A DNA stretch of 64,000 nt. Origin: Lama glama (Eukaryota). The position numbers and the translations under genes were made by a program. Position 1 is the first letter of the stretch, and the number at the start of each line of letters is the position of its first letter. The notes under the pieces were generated by a model, which was given only the letters and a program-made list of their open reading frames with translations, made no database searches and was not told where the DNA came from. Below, in pieces: positions 11,421 through 24,136 of this stretch. The DNA is taken from positions 95,606,001 to 95,670,000 of the forward strand of contig CM052816.1 of NCBI GenBank assembly GCA_028534125.1, given 5' to 3'.

Positions 11421-12648
11421 TGTGAATGAAAAATGTTGCCTGCCATTTCAGCAAACAAAGGATGCTGTGGCTATCAAGCCAGCAGCCACTGCAGTCACCC
11501 CCAGACTCGCACCCTGAGAGGACTCAGGATGGGAAAGCACAGGAGATTGGCCCTAGACAGCTAAGGTGCATATTATAGGCATGATGCCAAGGAGCCATGC
11601 TCTTGCATCTCTCCATAGAGAGAAAAGCACTAAATTCATTAACTTGAGATGCCTTGTTACCTTTAACCGACAACAATTTTTTGAAGTTCCAACTACCTGG
11701 TGTTTGTTGCAAAAATTCCTATGTATCCTGGCTTCTCCCTTACCAGTTAATTCAGAGCAGTCCCGCAGAGCTGCCTCCTGGGCTTGAAGTCCTCAGAAAG
11801 TTCACCAAATAAAACATAATTCTCAAGGGAACCCTCCTATACTGTTGGTGGGAATGTAGTTTTTGCAGCCATTATGGAAAACAGTATGGAGATGCCTCAA
11901 AAGACTAAAAATAGATTTACCATATGATCCAGCAGTCCCACTCCTGGGCATGTATCCAGAGGGAACCTTAATTCAAAAAGATACATGCACCCCAGTGTTC
12001 ATAGAAGCACTACTTATAATAGCCAAGACATGGAAACAACCTAATGTCCATCAAAAGATGACTGGATAAAGAAGCTGTGGTATATTTATACAATGGAATA
12101 CTACTCAGCCATAAAAAACAATAAAATAATGCCATTTGCAGCAACATGGATGGACCTGGAGATTGTCATTCTAAGTGAAGTACGCCAGAAAGAGGAAGAA
12201 AAATACCATATGATATCCCTTATATGTGGAATCTAAAAAACAAACAAACAAACAAACAAAACAAATGAACTTGTTTACAAAACAGAAACAGACTCACATA
12301 GAAAAGAAACTTACGGTTACCAGTGGGGAAAGGGTTGGTGAGGGATAAATTGGGAGTTCAAGGTTTTCAGATACTAACTAATATGTATAAAATAGATAAG
12401 CAACAATTTTCTACTGTATAGCACAGGGAACTATATTTGCTATCTTGTAGTAACTTATGGTGAAAAAGAATATGAGAACAAGTATATATATGTTCATGTA
12501 TGAGCAAAGCATTGTGCTGTACACCAGAAATTGACACAACATTGTAAACTGATTATACTTCAAAAAATATATATATATATACAAAAAACCCCACACAAAA
12601 CCCCCCATAATTCTCAACTTTTAGGTTGTTCATTTTTTTCAGTCAACA
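11421..12648 (+). mobile_element. Cetartiodactyl ERV1-type solo LTR (MER41_BT-like), split by an L1 into 11421-11826 and 12618-12648
   Basis: Starts tgtgaatgaaaaatgttgcctgcc; AATAAA near 11808; resumes after the L1 as cttttaggttgttcatttttttcagtcaaca, ending in CA. Confidence 0.8.
11827..12605 (+). mobile_element. 5'-truncated LINE-1 3' end inserted in the LTR
   Basis: ORF2 C-terminal remnant ([31 protein letters not shown]), 3'UTR and A-rich tail; TSD cataattctcaa at 11815-11826 and 12606-12617. Confidence 0.95.
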
Positions 12649-15600
12649 AAACTATAATCATCATTCTTAGAAATGGAATTTTTTTTAAGGGAAAGTAGTT
12701 TAAGTTACTATTATACAAAAAATTTTGTAATAATATTTCAGTCATAGATTAATTTCAACAGTCCTTCAACCCTTAGGTGCTAATTTAAATGCCATTTAAC
12801 TAGTGTCTTCTTCAGGCTTTTTGGTTTTAAGGAGAGTGACCCCTTTGAGTTACTCTAAGTATTTAGGGCTTCCTTGTAGGACACACATCCACTGGAGCCT
12901 CGGAAAGGCCACCGCCCACCCCGACAGTGAGTGTGCAGGTCCTTCCTTGTTTCCTCCACTCACTGGGCCACCTTTGCTCTCTTTGGGGATATTCAATACT
13001 CCACACTTGAAATCTCACATCTGTGGCTCCTGTTTCCCCACAGGCCCTGGCAGTATGTTCTGTAGTATGTATTATGAAAACAGCTGGTGTTATTTTTTTT
13101 TGGCCATACATTTCAAACTCTAAACTACATCTTACTGTCCTTTATCAAACTGCACATCCTCTCCAAGTCCTCTGCTGCTGAGCTTCTGTCCTGGGTCACT
13201 TACCAGTTTGCTGATTGGCTGTCCTTGGGCTAGATCCTCACTGGCTCAATCGAGTTATTCACAGTGAAGGGGGTGCAAGAAATACTTTCAAGGTTATTCC
13301 TTTCCTAACTTCCTTCTCCAAAGGGAATAGATCCAGACACTTCTTCTAGAGTCTGCAGGTCAGTAGGGAAGGACACTGAGTCATCCTAAAGTACTTATGC
13401 TCCAGGAAGGAGGAGACCAATAAGGATGCATTTCAGACCTGGAAATGAGCAGTGAGGATTCCACCTCTGTGCTTGGCAAGAGCTGAAAGCCAGAATGGAA
13501 TAGAGCTGATGTCCTTCTGCACCAGCACCCTGTTCTCTGAAGGGCAATCAAAGACAAGGGAGGAATTCTGGACTCCTATAAACCTGGAGAGGAGGGTACA
13601 CACGTGTATGCATAAAACAGTAAAGAACAGTTAAAAGGGAAATTGCCAGCCATTAGACCTTTATATTAAGGGGCACTTGGAACTTTAAGGGATGGAAATT
13701 AGAATTGAGGGCATTTCTTCGTTTGTGTAGATGATCACAGAACTTCGATTTGGTTCGCCAGGTTCTCTGTAGAGCCCTTGCATATGGAGAGTGATATATA
13801 CATTCGCATCTGGTTTGTTCTTTGAAGCATTCTTTCAGGGCAGCGTTTGTCCAGGTTTCAGGAGATCAGACACCTTGGCACACTTCAGGTGTCTATTTCA
13901 GGTCTATTTCATAGTCATCCTTCAGGTCTAGTTCCTCTGTGGCCCCTTGTCATGTTGGAGATCCTGCAATGGAAGAGCAACACATGTGTTTCTCTGAGAA
14001 TTCATTCATATTGAAATCACTTCCTGAAGTTTCCTGTGGCATCAGCCTCTCTGCCGTCACTGTAATACTCAATTTAAATTTGAATCCTAATGGTTTTAGT
14101 TGTTCATCCTCCTGTAACATGGAGAGGATAATTGGTTTGTGGGCTTTCTTCTCATTACTTTTGGCAAATTAGGAGAATTCCTTAGAACCAGCCGTAGGTG
14201 AGCACAGACATTCCCAGACAGAGTTAATAAGCTGTTCTCATCGCATGTGTTCGTTTCCCCCTATTTGAATTGTGCTGCTGGTGGCGCCAGCATTGGCAGC
14301 AGAAAGAAATATGATGTTCAGCTAATGGCTTGAGAAGGGGCGGGAAGGACTCAGGGTCACCTGTGGCATAGCCTATTTTGAGCTGAGCCAAAGGAGATTA
14401 ATGCTGTCACTTGCTTGATTAGCATTGCCACTTGCCTGGCTCTAGACTTCGAAATGGATTAATTCCGAGAGAACAGCTCGCTTGGAGTTGTTCACGTTTG
14501 CAACTAACCTTGTAAGATCCTACGCGGTGGGCGGACTGGAGGGAAAGGCTGAGACGCGGCAGAGCCTCGCTTGTCTTTTGTTTGCTTTTGTGACAAGGGC
14601 TTTCAAAATAAGGCTAAATTGCTTAAGCTTGAGCCTGCAAAATAATTGGTGTTTTGTGTCTCAAGTTAAACTTCTTTTCAGCAAAGAGTTCTAGAGCAAG
14701 CATCTTAAATCTATTCAGATGTGTACATGCGTTTATTCATGTGAGTGTCAGGAAATTTTTTGTTGAGATAACCTTCCTGAGTACACCATTGTGATGCGAA
14801 TTGGTAATGTGTTCCTATAGTCAGAAGTTATCTGTGCTTGGGTTTTTAAATGCTCAGTGTACTGTCTCATTTGGCCGGGAATGATCTGGGTTCTGGTGTT
14901 CTGCAGGTCAAAGGATGACTTAAACTGCTTAAACATTTTCCATCCCATTTGCCGATAGACTGAACGTAGTTTTGCATCCAAAGTCTATTTTGAATTCTCA
15001 AGATATACTTTCCTTCTTGAGGACCTGGTAGGTTCCTGATCTTTGAAGCCGATAGATCTGAATTCCAATCCCAACTCTGGCACTTTACTGGGAGCAATGA
15101 TTTTTTAAGTACAGAAAACATTGTGGGTGAATGGGAGTAAATTATATGTGCTGTCACTGAATAATAGAATATAAATTAAAAACCCTTCTGACGTATAATG
15201 CCAACTTTTCCTTCAGAAACTTTATGCCAATCTTACACTCCAACCATGCTTATTCTGAAATTCATCGGATTTATCATTTAATAATCCTACCCAGCATACA
15301 GGAAAATTGTTTTGTTATTGTTCTTAGGTGTGCTACATTGATGATTTGTGGAGTTAATCACATTTTTTTCAATAAATACAATATTTATTGGCTTTTTACT
15401 GTTTCTCTTTTGAGTTGCCTGATCATGTATTTTGCAGATTCCCTGTTCATTCTCTCTTCCTCCATACAATGAAATAATCATATCAATGATAAAGACATCA
15501 TACTTCTTTGGGCAGTTATAACAAAATCACCACAGCTCTTTTTTAAAAATACTGGGTCCAAAGTATATTGTAGGAACCTGGTGTCTCCAGGAACCCGCAC

Positions 15601-15989
15601 ATACAAACCTACCCTTCTGCACGTGGGGTTTCTTCTCATGTCCTGTTTCTCTCTTTTTTTGTCACAGGTAGTTTCATGGGTGATTTTTTTCTCTTTTTTT
15701 CTTCTTATTTAGCTATCTTCTCAAACTCCTTGATGTTTCCCTGTAAGCCACACTTTCCTGGCCGTCAGTAGATTAGGATGGTCCAGGCAGCAGTTCTCTT
15801 TCTTTCCTGGCCGAGATTCCTCATCTCTCAGGCAGCCCCCACGCCCCAGGGTCAGACTGTATTGGTGTCCCGGGGCCAGACGCAGAACTGTTCCTTCAGG
15901 TGAGAGCAGGAGGTGAGGGCACTGAGAGGCATTCGTTCCTGCAACACAGTAACTGTTCACTGAGGGGCCGCCATGCCGAAGCCATGTTC

Positions 15990-16615
15990 CAAATGCCTTG
16001 GGTAGGCACTGAGCCAAGCAGAGAGAATACTGTCTTCATAACCGTCACCGCTGAGAGTGGGGGATTACACCGCAAACAGGACTCAAAATGTATAGATGTC
16101 AGGAGAGGGTACTGCTACAGAGAAGGAAGGGGCTTGGGGCCAGGGTGGGGAGGAGTGTTATGGTTCTGCATGGAATGGCCAGGGAAAGCCTCCTCGAGGA
16201 GATACGACCCGAGGGAGATGCGGGAGACGTCCACGTAGACATCTGGAGGAGGAAGGTTTGATGCAGAGGGAGCAACAGGTGCCAGAACTCTGAGTGGGGG
16301 GCATGCAGGGACAAGGGAGATCAAAGAATGTGCTGTGAAGTTGGACGGAGTGGTACCAGGGAACCAGACCATGGGAGGTCTTGTTGGGCATTGGATGGAC
16401 TTTGACCTTTGCGCTGGGTGAGATGGGACAGCTAGCTGTCCCATCTGAGCAGGAGGGGATGTGATTTCACATGGCTTTTAAAGGGATGACTTGGATTCCT
16501 GTGCTGAAAAAAGATCGCTGGGGAAGAGAGGGGGTGAAGGGGGAGGGGGAGACCAGGTTAGGAAGCTACTGCACTAATCCAGGCAAGGGATGATGGAGGC
16601 TGGGGGCAGGGTGGT
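15990..16615 (-). mobile_element. LINE-2 fragment
   Basis: L2-typical: ggagaccaggttaggaagctactgcactaatccaggcaagggatgatgg; ggactttgacctttgcgctgggtgagatggga. Confidence 0.75.
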
Positions 16616-17809
16616 ACAGATAAGACAGAAGCAAAGAGACTTTTCAGAATCTACCCAACCACTGGGTAACTTGTCCGCTTGCAGCAATGAGCCACATACA
16701 CATGGCTACACTTGAAATCACTTTGAAATCCACTATCCCCTTCCACCCCTTTCTTGTCATCCTGTCACCACTTCTTTGATGAGCACCTTCCTTTCCTTCA
16801 ATGTTTTACTGTGAAATCTTTGAACAATTGCATGGGATTGTGATCTGTTTTCACTAGAAGATGAAACTGTTCAGGGTAGACTGCATCTCTGAGCTCTTGG
16901 TTTTTCCTATAGTGTTGTAGAAAGAATGTAGAATAGAAACAGATCTGAAACCCTTCAGCACCCAGGATGATGATTCAAGGTTCTAGTTACAACTGGAAGG
17001 GTCTGCCAAGCATTCTAACGGCATTTTGGAATTTTCCCATTACTGTTAATTAAACTCACACTCTTCTTTTCTAAGCTCCAGAATATCTTCCAAATAAAAG
17101 CAGAGAGAACCACAGATCACATCAAATGTAAAATAACCACACAGTGGTTCTTTGGCCTTTATCAAGAAGTTCAACTGCAGTTTGGCTTACAAATTTCCTC
17201 TTTTTAGCATGGATTAAACATGCAACGTCCATGTGCCCAATTTGTGTTTCTGGTGCTGGTACTTAGAATTCGATCCTGAGTATATAAAATATGAGCGAAG
17301 ACCTAAATTTAGTGATTTTTTTTGGTGCTTATCCTAATAAAGATCCAACTCACGAGGGTGTTTTTAAAATCCAGCTGTCCCGAGTATTTTATTTTGCTGG
17401 ACCGTGGGAAAGAAGATTTTGGCTTGGAAAAGCACAGGGACTGAAGCAGAAAACCCTGTGAATCGCTTCGATACAAATGAGTTCCCACATTCTGGAGAAG
17501 AAAAGATCCCATTAAGTCGGAATTAACCCCTTACGCACAGATGCAAACATTAATTTCTTCCTTCGATGGTTGTGGTTAGTTGCTCATATTCATCTGTTAG
17601 AATTCTAATGAGGATTCTATATGGCCAGCTCACCCAGTCAGACACATTATTTTGCTATAACCATATTTATTGTATTGTTTTGTCAATTTGCTATAACCGA
17701 ATTTATTGTAACTCAATGATAATACAAATAAGTATATATTTAAAAATCTTTGTTACTGATTTTTAATAATTGCCTAGTGGTCTTTAAAGCCTTTAAAATG
17801 TGTTCAGAC

Positions 17810-18660
17810 TTGCTCTACAACCAGTATATTGTTGATATTTATAAATATTTTGTATATGCCTGAGAAGAATTTGCATTTCCCTTTTTTTTTGGATGCAATA
17901 TTCTTTATGGTACCTTAAATAAATCTTAGTGATTAAGGTCAAGTCTGTTACAGCCTTAATTATATTACAGCCTTCATTAGGATGATCATTTGTTTAATTA
18001 AGCAAATTGATTTGACCAATCAGTTGCTAAAAAGGGTATGTGAAAATTTCCCATATACTTATTGATTTGAATTTTTCTTCCATAGTTCAGTCATTTTGGC
18101 TTTGTCAATTTAGAGTCTATTTTATATGTTGTATCCAAGTTTCAAATTATTATATCTTCCTGGTAAATTAAAATTTTAATTTTAACTCCTTGTTTAGAAA
18201 TGCTTTTTGCCTTAAGGTATACATACCTAATAATATAAATTCATACGTGTGTGTATCTGTAAGTGTATCTCTCTATCCATCAGTTGAATGCCTAGCAGAG
18301 TGATACCAGCTCTTTTTTGTTACTCTTTTCCTGGTCTATCTTCTCATATCTTTTTCCTTTGAACCTTCATATGTTCTTTCATTGTACGTGTGCCCTCTGT
18401 AAACTACATGCAGCTGAATGTTTTAATCGAATCTGAACATTTTTGTCTTTAAACTGAAACATTTCATCCATTTGCATTATTGCCATAACATATATTTGGG
18501 TTTAATATTTATCATATACTTTTATTCTTGTTATCTATTTCTCCTTTTTTCTGTCTGCCCCCCAATTCAGTATCCTCACTAATAGTGTAGAAGTTCTACA
18601 CTTTTTTTCAATTCTTTTTAGTGTCTATCTTTGAAATTTTAACTTGCACCCTGAAGTTAA
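17810..18660 (-). mobile_element. Old L1M ORF2 (endonuclease-region) fragment
   Basis: T-rich degraded L1 antisense: tgcctgagaagaatttgcattt, gtgaaaatttccca, ttattatatcttcctggtaaatt, ttcatccatttgcatt. Confidence 0.65.
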
Positions 18661-18756
18661 TTCTCTGGCTCCTTCTTTTCCTTCTTTAGGGGTGGGGGGC
18701 TTTGGAAGAGTCTTTACTTTTTAGCTATTTCATTACTATATTTAAAAGATGTTTTT

Positions 18757-19604
18757 CTAATTATCAGAGAAATGTGAGCCAAAGCTATAATGAGGTATCA
18801 CCTCACACCAGTCAGAATGGCCATCATTAAAAAGTCCACAAACGATAAATGCTGGAGAGGGTGTCGAGAAAAGGGAGCCCTCCTACACTGCTGGTGGGAA
18901 TGCAGTTTGGTGCAGCTGTTACGGAAATCAGTATGGAGATACCTCAAAAAACTAAAAAAAGACTTACCGTATGATCCAACAATCTCACTCCTGGGCATAT
19001 ATTCAGAGGGAACTTTAATTCAAAAGATACACGATCTCCAATGTTCACAGCAACACTATTTACAATAGCCAAGACATGGAAACAACCTAATGTCCATCAA
19101 CAGATGACTGGATAAAGAAGTGGTGGTGTACGGTGGAATACTACTCAGCCATAAAAAATAATAAAGTAATAGCATTTGCAGCAACATGGATGGACCTGGA
19201 GATTGTCATTCTAAGTGAAGTAAGCCAGAAAGAAAGAAAAATACCATATGATATCCCTTATATGTGGAATCTAAAAAATAAAAGGCAAACAAACTTATTT
19301 GCAAAACAGAAACAGACTCACAGACATAGAGAATAAACTTATGGTTACCAGGAGGGGAGAGGATAAGGAGGGGATAAATTGGGAGTTCAAGATTTGCAGA
19401 TACTAATATATATAGAAAATAGATAAACAACAAGTTCATATTGTACAGCACAGGGAACTATATTCAATATCTTGTAATAACCTTTAGTGAAAAAGACTAT
19501 GAAAATGAATATATGTATGTATATGCATAACTGGGACATTGTGCTGTACACCAGAAACTGACACATTGTAGCTGACTGTACTTCAGTAAAAAAAAAGATA
19601 GATG
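18757..19604 (+). mobile_element. 5'-truncated LINE-1 3' end
   Basis: Frameshifted ORF2 C-terminus ([16 protein letters not shown]...KCWRGC; MEYYSAIK); TSD aaagatgttttt at 18745-18756 and 19605-19616 at a TTT/AAAA endonuclease site. Confidence 0.95.
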
Positions 19605-20009
19605 AAAGATGTTTTTATGTTTATTTATCCAGGATTTTTAGTTGAGTCAGTGAGAAAGTCGACCAGGGTATCTAAGTCTTTTACACTGAGAAAAAAGGAA
19701 ATCCTGAATGAGTTTTACTTTCTATTTAACTATAATTTCATTGTTGCAAATGCAATAAATGAATACCCTTGGAAGTTAGAAAATGCAGAGAAATAAAAGC
19801 ACCTTATTCCTATCATTCAGAAACGATCACTTTAAATACCTTAGGGTATATTGTTCCACGTGTGTGTAATATTATATATATATTACACATAAAAATTACT
19901 TTTTATATGTATGTCTCTGTGTGCTTTTTAAAACCAAAATAAGACCATACTACCCAGGCTGCTTTTTCAGTTAATAACCTCCACCTTTCCACGTCCATCC
20001 ATTTTTGCT

Positions 20010-20945
20010 TTATCCTATACACAGTCCTGATTCAGGTTTTTCCAATTGTCCCCCGAATGTCCAGTGTAGGTGATTTGTTCAAACTCAGCCCAACCCAGGA
20101 CCACTCACTGAATCTGGCTGTTGAATGCTCAAGTCTCCTTCACTCAGACGCACTTTCCTTTGTTTTCACGACCTTGACTTGTTGACATGGCCAGGCAACT
20201 TCCCTGCGAGATGCCCACTTCCTGGATTTGTGAGATTTGCCTTTCATGGGGCCATTGAACTTGGTCCTCTCGCCCTTCTGTTTCCCATAAATGAAGAGTT
20301 AGTTCCACAGGATTAATGGATCTGATTCACAAGTTTTTGATTAGAAACCATCACAGGTGATGTTGTGTGTCTCATTTTGCTTTGGGCACATGATATCTTA
20401 TGACACCAGTAGTGAGTTTGACCACTAGATTATGATGATAATGGCTTGATTCCTCCATGACAAAATTACTGATTTTTCTCCTTGATGTTGGCAAATAATC
20501 TGTGTGTTGCTTCTTGGGCGCTATATAAATGTCCAATTTCCAACAGTCATACCCAATAGTTTTAACATCATTTGACTATCCTTGCCTGCCCAGTGGCTTC
20601 GTAAAGCTTTGCAGAGTGCTGATTTCTCAGTTCCATTATTTCTTCTCACTGTTATCTGTCATTCTTCTGTAAAGCAGAGCTTTCCTTCATCAACCAGATA
20701 ATTGATTTCTCTGAAATACGATTTTTACTGGGAAGGTTTGATAAAACCTAAATTCTTTCATTTTAATCACCAACTTCAAAGTAAGTTACAGCAGATTGTG
20801 ACCTAAGAAATTTTTCTTGATCTCTCTTTTTTTTTTAGTATCATTATGGACTAATCTATTCTTAATGATTGATTTTTTCAATCCACTCTAATTGCTATTC
20901 TTTTTTTTGTGGTTCAAATTGTCACAAATTTGGATAGTAGGAGCT
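20010..20945 (-). mobile_element. Old L1MC-type 3' region
   Basis: ccaattgtcccccgaatgtcc...aacccaggaccactcactgaatctggctgttg...ttttcacgaccttgac...ggttcaaattgtcacaaatttgg. Confidence 0.65.
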
Positions 20946-21116
20946 TCTAGGCAATGTCTGTTCTCAAAACTAGGAAGTATATTTTACATATCACCAAAAC
21001 TAAGCCTTCATTCATTGTATGTTGCATAATTATTTTACATAATATTGAAAAAATAGATCATAAGATGTAACAAAAAAGGTGACTCAGATTCAACACAATA
21101 TCTTATTTTAAAATGT

Positions 21117-21356
21117 AATGTACAACATGGTGACTATAGTTAATAATACTGTATCGCATATTTGAAAGTTGCTAAGAGAGCAGATCTTAAAAGTTTGCAT
21201 CACAAGAGCATAAAATCCTGTAACTACACGTGGCGATAGGTGTTAATGAGACCTATTGTGGTGATCATTTTATTATATATACAAATATCAAATCAGTATG
21301 TTGTACACCTGAAACTAATGTAATGCTGTATATTAATTATACCTCATTTAAAAAGA
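21117..21356 (+). mobile_element. L1MA-type 3' end
   Basis: aatgtacaacatggtgactatagttaataatactgta...gaaagttgctaagagag...tgttgtacacctgaaactaatgtaat. Confidence 0.85.
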
Positions 21357-21496
21357 CCCATGAGTTCATATTGATAGTTCCAACTTGATTTTAATGATAG
21401 TATGTACACTTAGTTTCTCTGATGTTCGTAATTGTACATCTTTCCTCTTACCCTGGAATTACTGATTCCTAACATCATGATCATGACGTATGGCAT

Positions 21497-21980
21497 TGTA
21501 TGAGTTTCCCGTGGCTGCTGTAACAAATTATTTATTACACCTTGGTAACATAAAGCAATAGAAATTCATCCTCTTGCAGTTCTGGAAGCCACAAGTCTGA
21601 AATCAGTATCATTGGACTGAAATCCAGGTGTCATCAGAGCTGTGCCCTTGCAGGGAGCTTTGGGGGGTGTCTGTTCCTGGCCCCCCCAGAGCTGGGTGGG
21701 TGTGGGCTTCCTGGCTCAGGGCCGCGTCATCCCAATCTCTGCCTCTGTGATTGCACGGCCCCCTCCTCTGTGGGCCTGTGTCACCTCCCTCTTCCTCGCT
21801 CTTATACGTGTGACTGCATTTAGAGGACACCTGCATAATACAGGCTAACCTCCCCTCTTCAAGATCCTTAACTTGGTCACTTCTGCAGAGTAATTTTTTT
21901 CTTTCATTTAAGGTGACATTCACAGGTTCCAGGGACTAAATCGCAGTTCTTTTTGGAGGGCCGGTATTCAACCTACAGCA
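21497..21980 (-). mobile_element. MLT1D-like MaLR solo LTR
   Basis: tgtatgagtttcccgtggctgctgtaacaaatta...tcaagatccttaactt...aaggtgacattcacaggttccaggga; TG...CA ends. Confidence 0.85.
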
Positions 21981-24035
21981 GTTGTTGGCATACTTACTTA
22001 TTACTCGATCATATAATACAAAGTGAACAGCTTCAAGATATCTGTGCACATATTATTACAAACTATAAAAATACCAAGTGAAGTTCAACTTTAAGACGTC
22101 ATTTTTTTTGGTCCCTAGAATGAAAACTTTAAGGATGTGCATTCAAAGTGTTGTGTTGCAAACTCACTTGAGAAAAATCCTTTCTCCGTTGTTTAGGTTC
22201 GTTTGTCTCAGTTTGCCTTCAATTTCAGGGATTCAAAAAACAATAGTCATTTTCAAATTAGGTGATGCAGTTCATGGTTCAAGGCGTCTTTCACCAGTTC
22301 ACTAACTGGGGCTGGGGGCAAAGTCAAGCTGAGGGCAGCTGGACCTGGGACACAAGGCAGAACCTCTCTGCCCTGGACCCAATGGGGGCTCCACCTCTGC
22401 CTGGCCGTGGGGGCTCCGTTTGTCCCCCATCAGTGCGCTCCCCAAGATGTCTTGGTTCTACTCTCCATTGTGTGGTTAACCCACTTTCCTTCCTTTCCAG
22501 GAATTTCCCCTTCCTTCTAAACCTTTCTGTCCATCCTCCAGGGTGTACTTTCCTCCAAGTCTGACAGCTTCTTCTTCACCTAACATTGTGCAATTTTTGC
22601 AAAGATGCTGAAAGCGAGGTGAGAAGGGATTAGGGACCACGTGGAACTCAGTTGTTCTATGAGGATGCAAGTATTTTGTTCACTTTCTGAGCTGAGGATT
22701 AAGGAGGCCGTTTCTCTGCTCAGGGAGGAACAAGACCCGTCTTATTTCAGTAGCCTCAGAACATAGCACCTTCGCTCTGTAAAACATATCCACACCTGTC
22801 CTTTGATATTTTCTACTGCTCTGTTTGCCCTTAGTTTTATATTAACTATCCTTTGGAGAAATATCCAACTTGAATCATCTGAACCAAGGAACAAATAGAT
22901 CCTTCATGCTCGAGAGGTCAGGATGTCCCTGGCGGCCATCAGTGGTCCCAGAGTGACCACCTTCTGGCTAGAAAACTATTTTCTAGTCTGCTGGCAGTTG
23001 GGACACAGGTAGTGAGAAGCAATGCTGAGAGTGGGACAATTAGGGACAGTTGTGACTTTTTCCACTTTTGTCACCCAGGGTGATTCTTGACATTATGACG
23101 TGGTACTAAATCTATTTTCTTAAAAGCGCAAGCAACTGAAGGCAGCCCAGAAGTGTCCTTGCATGTTTGTATTTGCATCTTGGTTCAACAAACTTAAGTC
23201 TTCTTGGGAGATATAATATAATTCAAGCTCTTTTCTTCCCCCAGCTTGTCTTGATTGTGTGACTTGGTAAAGGAAATAAGATAACTAAAAGGAGAGGAAA
23301 ATTTATGTTATGGGAACTCTGGTTATTGCTGAGACATTCTTGAAATTACATTGTTACTGCTTTTAAATATTAATTCCGTTTCCTGAAAGAATGAGCTAAA
23401 GAATTCAAGCAATTCTAAAGTCCATGGAGGGGAAACTAAGTTCTCAGGAAAAGAAAATTGCTAGAAGGTGAAAGATGCAATTTGACAGCGTGCATACATT
23501 ATATTGTTATAAATGCTTCAGACTGTTTAACATCAAACTGTAGGATGTGTTTTGACAGAGCATGTAGTTTTGAAGACAAGGCAAGTGATTAATGTAGTAC
23601 TTAGTGGGATAGTTTCTAAGAAATGAATTAGATTTCTTGGATACGGAAGTGGTTGAAGGTGTGTGTTAACTATTTCAGTTCACCAGGGTAGCATTTATCA
23701 AGTTGACACAATAATGGAATAAGACTCATTCTAGTGAGTTTAGAGAATTAAAATTCCATGATAAGTTTGACTGGAACGGTTTCAGGAATCCCTTAGCCAG
23801 ATTACTAGGTATGTATGATAGACAGACTGGGACAGCTGCCCACCTCACGGTCATCTTTTGGTGGTCATTTCTAAGCCACGCTTCTTGTTGGAAGTCACTC
23901 TTTTCCCTGGTCCCACATTGTGGGTCGTGAATGGGTCCCAACTTTCATCCATTAAAGGGCAGACACTTGGCCTAGATTAGAGTGTTAATAACTCACCTCA
24001 CTAGTTACAGTAATTGGCTTGGAAGTAGCATTAAC

Positions 24036-24136
24036 TAGGGTTCTACTTACTCAGACTTCCCCAGTTTCAAAATTGAAAGCTCCACATCCCAGGAACCTCC
24101 CCAGTCCCAGGCAAACTGGGACAGTTGGCTACCCAA
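24036..24136. mobile_element. MER81-like hAT-Blackjack MITE
   Basis: taggg...cagtcccaggcaaactgggacagttggctaccc resembles the MER81 body and TIR. Confidence 0.7.

Noticed and set aside
10656..12605. Single twin-primed (5'-inverted) L1 insertion
   Set aside because: Both arms cover the same L1 segment, each has its own tail and TSD, and an LTR lies between them
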